Shown here: piece after piece, positions 53,201 through 64,000 of the stretch | How the letters are laid out: each line of letters begins with the position of its first letter | How positions within the stretch are numbered: the first letter of the stretch is position 1 | From: Haliotis rubra | Taxonomy: Eukaryota | Assembly: GCF_003918875.1 (NCBI RefSeq) | Contig: NW_025767457.1 | Coordinates: forward strand, 744,001-808,000 | Reading direction: 5' to 3' | Length of the DNA stretch: 64,000 nucleotides | Notes under the pieces: model-generated | Seen by the model: only the letters and a program-made list of their open reading frames with translations | What the model was told of the DNA's origin: nothing | The model's database searches: none | Translations under genes and position numbers: made by a program

Positions 53201-54925
53201 TGCAATAAAATACATCCTTCTTTGTCGTCTTTCTCGTTCTTAAAGTTCTCAGAAGTTATTTCCCGTTATTTTCCTCATATCTGCGTTTGAAATGGAAACC
53301 GTATTCGTATAAGGCAGTTTATGTCTTGATATATTCTACTTCTGCCAGTGAAGTGTAGGTCACAGGTATTATAGTGTTTAAACGTATCATACGTATTGTA
53401 GCAAATACATGTTTACCCGATAATATGTGCCGAGATCGCAAATAGTCATTCAGAAGAACTGTGTATAAATGTTTCGAAACCCTTGCTATTATAAGTGGGT
53501 TTTGTTACAATTCATCTTCACATTCTAATAACATGCACAACCTGCTCGCCGAAACAGCAATACTTAATTTTGAAATAATTTTATATTTAGTTTGAACACC
53601 TTGAAACGACTCATAGGTTTTATTAGGTGTATGCCTCGTAGAATCGGGGAGTGTCTTAAGTACAGAGGCTTTTTTCACGCAATATTGTTGAGTTTTACGT
53701 TTTATGGTAAATGACGTGATGGACAGTAAGGCGCTTTGGGCAATCATTTGACAAAACAAATCTGTGGTCAAAGACTAAATCAAATGTCACTCAGTCAGAT
53801 GTACCAGTTACACTGTTACATTATTTATTTCGTTAAATATATAGAATAGCAACAGTTCTGGTAACCTTGCCCCAAGGCTGTACTAAACCTATGGATGTAT
53901 ACTAGTAGTAATTCTATCCTTTAAAGTAGCACGTCTAGATAAACGGACATTACAGTCTACGGACGCCAGTCTGTTAGTTGTTTTTAAAAAAAATTCATTT
54001 AAACTATTAATTATTACCATAGAGACTTGTGCAAGTCTAAAGTTCTGGCAGATTTCTCGAATATCACCTTCTTGTTTCAATGGTATAGATATCATTACGA
54101 AAGTCAATGTTCGCCTTGTCTAGAGAAGCACTTTGTCATTGATACACAATGGCTATGCACATCCAGATGTTTTTGTCGATGTACTGACTACTGGCTGACA
54201 TATAGTCCCACCCTGGGGACCGTGACTTGGATCATATAAGTGCCTTATATACACGGGAGACAGTTGCTTCCATCCAACAGACGTGACGATAACAGTTCTG
54301 TGACAACAGAGAAACTTTCAGATGCAATTATCAGTGTTTGTACATCTAATGCCGTGAACTACTCGAAATTTAATACGATTGTAGCCAAATGACAGCGTCT
54401 ATTTGCATACAATTATTATTTTTACCCTTTAGTCCTGTTGCATGTGCTAATGAAACGTCGTAGGTTTTAATTTATGCCTCTTGAAAGAAACTATCGATCA
54501 AGAAGGACGGACGTTCATTAACATAGGACCGGACGTGTGCTCCCTTTTTGCAAGCACCTGCGCTCATTATTGTGACAGTAGCTTTGTAATCGGACATATT
54601 TGAAAATGTCAGGTTCAGTGATGGTAGTCAATTTAGGCAACGGATGACGAGTGTGGCTAACCTTCACACGGGAGTGGAGGTACCGGCAGGGCAGGACATC
54701 CTGATATTGCCTTGTGTTACCATTTTGTGTCACATCATGAGCACGAGTATGAATAAAACATCATAACCCTGTTTTATATACGTACGCGCACACACATGTG
54801 TGTATGTATGTGTGTATACGTATTTATGTATGCATGCATGCATGTGTGCGCGTGCATGTACGTGTATGTGTGGCTATGTGTGCAGTCGTGTCGAACAGTT
54901 TGTGTGTATATCTATGATGTAAGTG

Positions 54926-56575
54926 AGTGAGTGTAAGATTTAACGTCACATCGGCAATATTTCAGCCATATCGTGACGAGAACAATTAATTTTATGCATA
55001 GTAAGCAATGGTAAACTATAAAAACCTGTCAACGAAGGACAGTAAAATAACTAGATTATCACAGATTCGAATTTAAAACTAGTAATTAAATCTAAAACAG
55101 TTTAACTATAGATGACAATACAAGGTAAAAACAGGCTATATATTGCCAACAACTGAAGGTAGATCACCATACTAGGGACCATGGGGACTTACAGTACATT
55201 TGCCTCCTGCATGGACCCTAGCTGGATTTACACCATCCCCTCAGCTATTAGCAATGTTAGATAATCTAGCCATAAATTAAACGAACATATATTCTACGAT
55301 TAAAATAGTAGTAGGTTTAAATTTACTTTGAATGTTTTGGGACTTACGTACCCTCTCAGGAGGACAATAATTTTACGCTACTTCAACCCCCTTTGAGGGC
55401 ACTGCCACTAACAACCTAAGTTACTAATCAAATCTACCAATAATTAAAATACATATATGTACAGAACATATTATTCAAAATTCATTCATTAAATCAATTT
55501 CTTTTAAAAAGCCAATAATTAAATGAAAATTAACAGTGTTAAAAAGATCCTTAACTGTTTTCACATTGAAGTATTTATCCCTTATGATGGAGAATTCAAC
55601 ACAGTCAAGCAGGACATGCTTGACCGTGGTTCTCTCATCACAAGGGATACAAAACGGAGGATCCTCACCTTTCAATAGGTATGCATGAGTGTATCTAGTG
55701 TGGCCAATACGACATCGTCGCATGATGACCTCTTCAAATCTGGACTGACAACCCAAGCAAGTGTAGCCAATATAGGGTTTTATGTCATGTAATTTATTAA
55801 TACCTACTTGAGTGTCCCACTTCTTCTGCATCAGATCACGGATGTAAGTTCGAATGCTGGCTTTGTAATCAGAGTATGGAATAAGAAGTGGTGTCACAGA
55901 TTTGTTGAGTGCTGCCTTGGCAGCAAGATCGGCCAAAGTATTCCCAGAAATACCAACGTGGCTGGGTGGCAAGATCATTATATAATTCTATAATTTCTAA
56001 TAAAAGTGGTCGTCATATGAGCGAAATATTCTCAAGCACGACGTAAAACCCGATTTCACCTCACCTAATAAAAGTGGATGTTTACAAGAAAGATTTTTAA
56101 TAGCCTGAAGGCAAGAGAGAAAGTCGGAAAATATTATATATTGTTTATATTTAGGATGTTTATTAATATATTTAAGAGCTGTAAGTATTGCGCTTGCTTC
56201 TGCAGTGAAAATTGAACTGTCATTGGGTAATCTGGAAGATATTGTTTTGGACCCAATGACAGTGGCACAAGCCACTGCGCCACCATCCTTGGACCCATCT
56301 GTAAATATGGATTTATATGTATTATATTTACTTTTTAATTGATTATATTCTTGTTTATATTGTAAGTCATTTGTTTCCGATGTTTTAAATGTTGTAAGTG
56401 TTAAGTCAACTTCTGGTCTAACTAACTGCCAAGGAGGAGAAGAAAGAAGACGGGAAGGAGCTATATTTTCCAGCTCAATGCCGGCAGCAGCAATAAATGG
56501 CTTAACTCTGAGCCCAAGAGGCGGAACAAGAGAAGATTTTTTGTTATACAAATCCTCATAAAGAGGACTAAAGAG
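54926..56575 (-). mobile_element. 5'-truncated LINE of the I group (Nimb-like) with RNase H and C-terminal CCHC finger
   Basis: IFTDGSK, SSIFTAEASA, IIFSD, PSHVGISGNTLAD (RNase H); RCRIGHT..FCIPC..TVKHVLLDC. 14-bp TSD ctatgatgtaagtg (54912-54925 / 56576-56589). (ACTC)n tail. Confidence 0.9.
56010..56064 (+). mobile_element. 55-bp retroposed 3' tail inserted in the LINE
   Basis: 13-bp TSD ctaataaaagtgg (55997-56009 / 56065-56077). Sequence gaaatattctcaagcacgacgtaaaac is related to the shared tail. Confidence 0.7.
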
Positions 56576-56879
56576 CTATGATGTAAGTGTCTGCGTGGGT
56601 GTGTACGTGTGTGCATATATCTATGTTTATGTTTTTAGGTAGAAAGAGAGTAATACAGTTGAGGCTGAGAGTATAAAGAGTGAAATGGACTTAAAACACA
56701 TATATCTAAAATGCAAATGTTAATCAATGACACATTGTTTGTGTGCAATGCTCTCATAAATCTACTCAAAGTACTTAATCAGAATATAAATTGTGGAAGC
56801 GAATCGTTTTACCGCCATACGTAGATACAAGTACAATGAACAAACTTTAAAATGGGTATTGTCAAGTGTATTGAATTAT

Positions 56880-57100
56880 TCACATGATTCTAATTGTAGT
56901 AACGATGAATTTTACATGTTCGTGCCTCGAGAAGTAATGCAAATCTCCCCAAACGGAGAAAAATGATGGAGGTGTATGACTGTATAGATTTTCACTCCAG
57001 TTGCAGGATTCAGAACCAGCACGCAGAGAGTTGTCTGTAACAGCAAATGGAAGAATGTTTATAAGAACAGAGCACACGTGCACGCGTTTATGAAGGTAGA
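56880..57100 (-). pseudogene. Diverged IR-like remnant outside the tandem units
   Basis: Track ORF 56880-57083 contains LINILPFAVTD, matching the family motif VNHLPFLQTDV. Confidence 0.4.
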
Positions 57101-58289
57101 GAGTACATGTGCCTGTATGAAGATGCCTTTATGAAGAACTAGCATATACGTATGTACGTCTACATGGATGAATGGTTTGGTGTAGGGATGATAAGTAGCA
57201 CGTAACGTCCTTTCTTGAAAATATTTTGTCTACCTTGGTTAAGATTGCATATGAACTACAATGAAGTACAATAAAGTTAGGAAGATTGTCATACTATATT
57301 AACGGCTCAACTGCATGATACATAAACTGTCGAACAACATCACGTGAATTTATAAACAACATATATAAAGTGTCCATAAAAGACACTTGGCATTGATGGG
57401 ATATTCAGATTCAACAAACAAAGCAAGTCTTTTGTCTGAAAGGACATTTTTGATATTGTGAACTAGCTGCATAACAATATATACAAGGAGGGGATTTACT
57501 GCAGAGTCTTACCCACTTATCTCTCATGATAAATTAACGGGGAAAAGCATCCTCTAAACAAATGGGTTTTTTCAGGGTTGGCAAATGTATTTTGATCTCA
57601 CTTTGTAATGGATGTGGTCAATTTGTTCAAGTTGAAGGTAACTCATTCCCGGGTTTGTATAGTAGACAATAAGAGGAATGTACTTGATATGACACATCAC
57701 GTGTTGATGCGCATGCCACCCGATATCGCTATCTTTACATTGAGGTTTTCACACTTTCACACTCGCTGGCACTTACTCCGGTCGATCTGATAGCAGGTTA
57801 GGCTTAGTTGATAATGGTGATTGCGCGTATTATCGCTGACGATGTCACTCACTGGATTGTCTTGTGCAGACTGGATTGTCTGCAGTCTGCCGGCACGGGG
57901 GTTGATCATTGCTTCGACGTTAGGCAATAAACTAACTCGACGTTAGGCAATAAACCAACAAACACTGTTTCAATGTAAAATTGTTCTTGTATCACTGGTA
58001 GAGCAGAACATACTGCCCTTTTCGCAAACACCAGGTATCATAAATAATTATCAGAGATACATTCATATGATATTCATGAATAATCTATTTTGCTTTTTCG
58101 CACTGTTGAATTTATTTGGCAGAATGAATTCACTGGCAATGAATGTGCAAGATCTCTGACGCATATATAGTCTTTTCAACTAATTAAAATCAATGAGACG
58201 ATACATTTTGCAGAACTGAATCAATGACTGCTGGAGAATATAACTAGCATTGCAACGTTTGCACAATTCATATGTTCCATTCGTTCGGA

Positions 58290-59450
58290 TTTCTTTCCCA
58301 GGAACAGTCTTACATTTCACATATGATGGTGCCATCCCAGCAATAAGTATGAATAATATATCCATTTGTCGAGGAACATTCCCGTTAAAGAGGAAAAAAG
58401 AAATTACGTACCAGAACAATGGTAAAACGTTCGAGGGCAAATAAGGAAGTATTTTTTAAATTCGGTTTAGTTTTTTTTACATACTTTATTTTTTAGACCA
58501 GTTGCAAGTTTAGTAAAGGCGATATGTCATGGAGAAAGCAGGACTGGTAGTTTGGAAGGTATTCTAGTGACGGTAATTTACAGCACCATCTGCCGGCGAG
58601 TCTGTTTAATGAAATAGTAGGAGAACAATGCATCAGAAAACTAGAAACTCACAAAAAATGCCGAACACCTTTTACTGAAACCATTTTTGTCAGCGTCAGG
58701 ATACGAACTGGCGAAATCAATATATTTTATCCCACACTTTTTGTCTCTACACCATGTTCAGCCACACTTTCCACAAGAGACAAGAAAGTGAACGGAAATG
58801 AATACGGTTCCTTGTAAAGGATCTGGGCTTCCAGTAATTGGCTCAGCATTTACTTAAAGAAGATAGCAGAACTTTATCTCCGTTAATTTACTACTGTAAA
58901 TATATTTCTATTTATCTTAGTTGACATTTTATCGATATTGCTAGTATATGCAGTAGGTGTCATTTGTAATTATCATGAGCCGCACAAAGGTCACCTCCCT
59001 CTTTTCTGTGTAGGTTCAAATGTCATGTCAAATGTTCTCATTCAATTAAATGTGAAAAAATATAACAAGGCTCACGTGGGACTTGTTATAAAAATGGATT
59101 CTGTACAATATCCGCCAGAAAAACAAATAATCATCAGCAATACCATTAAACCAAAACCTTTGTTATATCTTTCCTAGAGATTTTTGCTCAGGTTGCAAGG
59201 GATGTTTCGTTTCACATGTCACACACAGTGGCTGTTTGATGGTCATGCCAAGTAAAATATATATGCATCAGGAGTTAGTGAGGACCATTTTCTTTGAGCA
59301 ATAGCTGTAAAGATAAAAGTAAAAAAAGTTCCAAATTTTCTGAGAATTTTGTCAAGTTGATACGGATTGGAACGTAAAGGCAGTGTGCGACCTTTTTCGT
59401 GAACACTAACGCCTTATTTATGGTGATCAATGCACATAATGTTAACCGCT
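58290..59450 (-). pseudogene. Possible diverged IR-like remnant
   Basis: VPIRINLTKF (S1-like, ~59345-59375), FFWRIL..KSHVSLVIFF..TYTE (~59005-59125), DILFILIAGMA (M4-like, ~58330-58362), in the expected order. Weak matches. Confidence 0.33.
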
Positions 59451-59570
59451 TGTTAAGTCATTTACGCACGATGGAGTCTGTTTCGTAGGATAAGACTGGT
59501 ATTCTCTCTCGTTGACGTTTGATATTTAATTTTACTGTCTACCTTCCACATGCGTAGTGACTGATGATAG

Positions 59571-59696
59571 TGAGTTAGTGAGTTTAAGTTTTACGTCGCC
59601 TTTAGCAATATTTCAATTGTACCCATGTGTGGAATCGAACCCGGGTCTTCGGCGTGACGAGCGAACGCTTTAATATTAGGCTACCCTACCGCCCCT
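59571..59696 (-). mobile_element. SINE family 2 (tRNA-derived head, same 3' tail). Degraded copies at ~190-262, 11200-11312, 25990-26125, 33460-33595, 38680-38830, 38900-38980 (+), 46310-46455, 52300-52430
   Basis: Minus strand reads ggggcggtagggtagcctaat..aagcgttcgctcgtcacgccgaagacccgggttcgattcc (A/B-box-like), then atattgctaaaggcgacgtaaaac..actcac. tgatag direct repeats. Confidence 0.75.
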
Positions 59697-59809
59697 GATA
59701 GGACTAGTACATACATATCACTGAGAAAATAATGAGTATCGTGTAACGCCACTTTTAGCAACAATCACGGCGAGTGACACTAGAAATGAGCCTCACACAT
59801 TGTCATGCT

Positions 59810-60040
59810 GGTTGGTCTGTTGTTTAACGACGTAATCAGCACTATTCCAGTTTTATGGCGGAGGTCTGTAAATAATCAAGTCTGGACAACCCAGTGACCA
59901 ATAGCATAAGCATCAATCTACATACTATTAGGATAGGATGACATGTCAACCAAGTCAGCAAGTCGGACCACCCGATCCTGTTAGTCGCCTCTTACAAATA
60001 TGGGTACTAAACACCAACTCTAACCCGGATCTTCACGGGT
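59810..60040 (-). mobile_element. SINE family 1, nested in a tRNA-SINE
   Basis: Ends in ggatcttcacgggt. tRNA-SINE halves lie at ~59715-59805 and ~60041-60100. Confidence 0.7.
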
Positions 60041-60570
60041 ACATTGCCATGTGGGGAACTGAGCACAGGTCTTTGGCGTCGCTTAACCACAAGACTACCC
60101 AACGGCTTTGTGAAAGGAGTTGTCATACTTCAGCTTGGTTCCGGTGTGTTCTTGTTGGTTAGGCTTCTTGGTGAACTCTTGGTCAGAGTAGAACCAGCAA
60201 CCAATGTTAGCAATAACAGGCAGTTAGTGGATTGGGTGGTTAGACGGTGCTCTTGTTTTTGTTAAATTTTCATCTCCAGAAACTGAAAATGATTCTTATG
60301 GTGAAACATAACCAGTGTCATATGTATCATATGTTCACATGTGCACAGATCAATTTTGCCTAGAAGCCATTGTTTTTGTATTTCGTTGTCTGTGACGTCA
60401 TTAAACAATTGAACGTGACGTCGATGAAGAGGGATGTTACACTTGCTTACCGTGTTTTACTGCACACACGTACATGAATAAAATGGATAATAAAGAAATG
60501 GATAATAAAGAAATTACGACACTTACATGTGTGCCATACCACTCGAAACACTTGCTTGTATAATAATCTC

Positions 60571-61100
60571 TATTATTATTATTTATTATTATAGGATATT
60601 TATATAGCGCACATATCCACGCAACTAGTGCATGCTCAAGGCGCTGGTATTTTTTTCCTCGATCATTGGATGTCAATCTCAACAGCACATCGTATTATCA
60701 ATCTCAACTCCCTGGGGAGTATACAACTCTTGCAGCCACTAGGCGCACCGAGTTATTGTGGCTTTCTCATCCTAACGAGGTACCCATTCACAGCTGGGTG
60801 GACTAGGACACATAGTCACAGTACTTTGTCCAAGCTCACTGCACGTTGCTGTACCCGCAACTGGGTGTTTGCACGTATTCATGTGGCCACCATCTGGTCA
60901 TATACCAACGGATTCGTGGGTTCTTTTAAGTGCACGGGGTTGTGTACTGTACACTAGGGGTTGCGACAACACTGAAAGAGTCTGCACACAAAGTTGACTC
61001 CAAGGTTTTTACACCCGGTCACAGGTTGGCTCGATCCCGACACCTCAACCTCGCTGGATCACTAGCCTGGCGCCTTAGCCAGCTCGCCCACCGCGCCCCC
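60571..61100 (-). mobile_element. Modular tRNA-SINE with Deu/Nin-like and CORE-like domains (Nin-DC-type)
   Basis: Minus strand: tRNA-like head ggggcgcggtgggcgagctggctaaggcg, gtgcacttaaaagaaccc (Deu/Nin-like), gtccacccagctgtgaatgggtacc (CORE-like), L2/CR1-like tail gcgctatataaat followed by (AAT)n. Confidence 0.7.
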
Positions 61101-62047
61101 TTGTATGCATTATGTACATATATTGTATATATAATGTCAATACTCTGTTTGAATTAAGGTCTTTATATTTAGTATGTCGACATGTATTCGTATGACCTAA
61201 TACCAATATGATCCCTCACCCACCCACTTACGTCCAATCCCACGCATAACGTAAATATCTCATGTAAAGATATAGTTTATATTACATTACTTTCCCGTTT
61301 GGCTGTTCCTTTAGGTCATATAGTTTTGATTACGGCATCTAAGATCTCCCTTTACCACGAGTATCGCGAAAATGTAAACGACAAAAATACTTTCAAATGA
61401 AAGATATAAAAGACAAGAATAATCAGCTTATGCATGGCATCTTTTCTCTGTTTGGTGATGCTGTGATCCTTTTATGTGCCCAAACTTTATTTAAAATGGC
61501 AATGAGTTAAATTATTTTGTGTACGTAAAATTAACGTTATTAATGGACAGGAAAACAACTTTATTCCTCATCTTGCAGATATTTAAATTGAAGCCGGCTC
61601 TTTTCCAGTCTGTCTTAAATTGAACAGAAGTAAATCTCCTTCATCGACATGTAAAACGAGTAACGCAATAAAGTTTGTCTGCACGAAATTTAGAAGTAAA
61701 TATGTATTTAAGTACCTAATTACTAGACATATTAAGTACATTAACTTAGCAATAACCAATATGACATGTCTAGCCGACTCCGCTTTAATGGAGAGATGAT
61801 CTTAAAATGGCACTAAGTACCCTCCATAGACGCTGATGACGACGGGGACCCGGAAGCCTAGATATATGGAAGTTCACGTAGCCAGGAGTGTTTACTTTGC
61901 AGTATCCGTGTATGCTGGAACGCTGGAGAATGTATAACCAGAATGAGGTTTGTGATTACAATATATTTCGGACCCAGAAAGGGCTTGCACCGAGAACGAC
62001 GCCACTTCACTACGCCTCTTTTATCGTGTTCATGACTTTACACCCTC

Positions 62048-62500
62048 CTCGTAAGAGGCGACCCGTGAAGGTCCGGGTTAGAATGAACCTTCAGTAACCT
62101 ATGCTTGTGGTAAGAGGCGACTAACGCTATCGGGTGGTCAGGTTCCCGGCTTGGTTGACACATGCGCAGCTAGATGCTCATGATGTTGATCACTGGATTG
62201 TCTGATCCAGACTCCATCACTCACAGACCGCCGCCATATAACTGAAATATTGCGGCGTAAAACTAAACTCACTCACCCACTCGTAAGAGGCGACTTACGG
62301 TGGTCAGACTCGCTAACTTTGTTGATACGTGTCATCGTATCCCAATAGCGAAGATCGATGTTCATGCTGTTGATCACTAGTACTGGACTGTCTGGTCCAG
62401 ACTCGATTATTTACAGACCGACACCAAATGGTTGGAATATTGCTGAGGGCGGCGTTAAGCAACAAACCAACAAACTTTACATCTATGCTTGTCGTAAGAG
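62048..62500 (+). mobile_element. Two nested SINE family 1 copies
   Basis: Inner copy ~62061-62279 is flanked by the 15-bp direct repeat ctcgtaagaggcgac. The host copy continues to ~62480. Confidence 0.8.
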
Positions 62501-63254
62501 GAAAAATAACCGGGGTAATCACCTCGTCTCGGTATTTGTGACCGTTACTTTTGTTTTCAGTTACTGATTTAAGTACGCCAGCGACTGAATCGCGCATTGG
62601 CGGCGTTACACATCATGCTTTCATTCACTTTACGTCGCAACATGTCGGTTAACATGCTGGATAATATTTCATGAGTCTCGTTTAGATGACTAGATAACAT
62701 TTTATATCATCATACCTATGGTTTCAGGTGTCGAATCCACCTATTTCATGGGTCCATAGATGAATATATTACAAATCATCACCTATTTCAAGTCGCCATG
62801 GTCTCTATGCAGGTGCAAAAGCACTATAAGTCGCCATGGTCTCTAGTGTCGAGATCTTCCTTCAGTTGTTGGCGACCTATAGCCCGTTTTTATATTGTAT
62901 TGTCTTCGTAAATAAAATAGTTTTGCATGTTCATGCTAGTTTTAAACTCCAGCTGTGATACTCTAGTTATTTTACAGTCCTTCGATGACTGATTATTTAG
63001 CAACTTAAATTTATTGTTTATGTAAAACATTTCTCGTCACTATATGGCTGAAATATTGCCAAGGTGACGTTAAATTTTAACTCACTCACTCACTATGGTT
63101 TCAACACTACTTTTGCCCTGCACGTTAAATCAGGTAGTCTATTTTCAGGTACGTATCTGCGTTATAGAAGGACTTTAACACGTATGAATGTCGTGGCTTG
63201 AGGGGAAAAATAATGCCGGATCTGTTTCAAGGGCGTCTTCGTCAATGACCTCTA

Positions 63255-63410
63255 TTTTCACCCATCCGTATGTCACTCTCTGAGGAGGTCAGGCTGATCG
63301 CTTTCCCGGACACCCGGTTTCATCACTTATGGTTTACCAGTACACTTGAGCGTAGTTGTCCTATTTTGTTTTCACTCAGACAGATTAGATTGCCCTGAAG
63401 GAATGGACTT
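63255..63410 (+). repeat. Probable Penelope-like 3'/LTR remnant
   Basis: ggctgatcgctttcccggacacccggtttcatcac resembles a recalled molluscan PLE-associated repeat. Single copy in this window. Confidence 0.3.
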
Positions 63411-63699
63411 GTTTTATTATTTCGCATATCATGACCAAAGTGGTTGAAGCTGTTTGTACGATAGAGGCTGAATTTTATTGGAAACCTTAATTGGTTCTCT
63501 GATGTGTCTGTGTGAAAGCCACAGGCACTAAACAGCTCATGAAAAAGTATAAAGGGTATTCAGACAGAATGGGTTGGAATCTCTGTGACCTGAACATTAC
63601 AAGTACAAGACTCACCTTCTTGTGAGGTTAGGGATGAATAAATTTGTCTATGTTATCCTTATTTCATATAGATACAATGCATAACCCCCTCACCCCCCA

Positions 63700-64000
63700 A
63701 CACACATACGTACATACATATACCCATACATACACTCACACATATACACATACATACACTCACACATACATATACACACACACATTTACATACACACATA
63801 CATTCACACTCACACACATACATACACTATCACAAATAGTTGTCACACACACATACATCAGACACATACATCACACAATGCTACACACACATACACTCAT
63901 CACACACACATACATACACACACACACAGCACATACACACACACACATACATACACTAATGGTCACACACATACATACACTCACACACATACATATACAC
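63700..64000. repeat. Degenerate (CA)/(CATA) low-complexity tract
   Basis: Seen directly; runs to the window end. Confidence 0.95.

Larger units (their letters stand above)
46711..53620. repeat. Segmental tandem-repeat unit D (partial)
   Basis: Matches the first half of the unit. Similarity ends near gactcataggt at ~53610, equivalent to ~12120 and ~27300. Confidence 0.85.

Noticed and set aside
1-64000. CRISPR arrays, rRNA, prokaryotic operons
   Set aside because: No repeat-spacer structure or rRNA-like sequence. The window is intron- and SINE-rich animal DNA.

Overview
Eukaryotic, AT-rich, intron-bearing DNA with one N gap (21407-21545). The SINE families resemble those I recall from gastropods, probably abalone (Haliotis-like); this is an inference. 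About 1-53.6 kb is a tandem segmental repeat of ~12.6-12.9 kb units: A ~570-21400 (lengthened by a 5.2 kb Harbinger insertion and other unit-specific sequence), B ~21545-33820, C ~33820-46710 and a partial D ~46710-53620. Manual translation across stops and frameshifts indicates that each unit holds about eight decayed, apparently intronless, mutually paralogous genes, all on the minus strand. Their motifs fall in the order expected for ionotropic glutamate-receptor-like (IR) channels: S1, pre-M1/M1, pore Q(Q)G, SYTANL-like M3, S2, M4. Two more diverged remnants lie at ~57 and ~58.3-59.5 kb. The window therefore looks like a graveyard of roughly 29 divergent IR-like pseudogenes that kept duplicating after they died; the ORF track does not show this. 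Mobile elements: a PIF/Harbinger element (broken transposase, intact 7-exon 268-aa Myb/SANT gene), a 5'-truncated RNase H-bearing I/Nimb-type LINE with a 14-bp TSD, two SINE families sharing that LINE's 3' tail, a tRNA-Deu/Nin-CORE SINE, Penelope-like fragments (one with a hammerhead-like fold-back), and Tc1 and Ginger-like fragments. All family assignments come from manual motif recognition, not database searches. Remnant boundaries are approximate.
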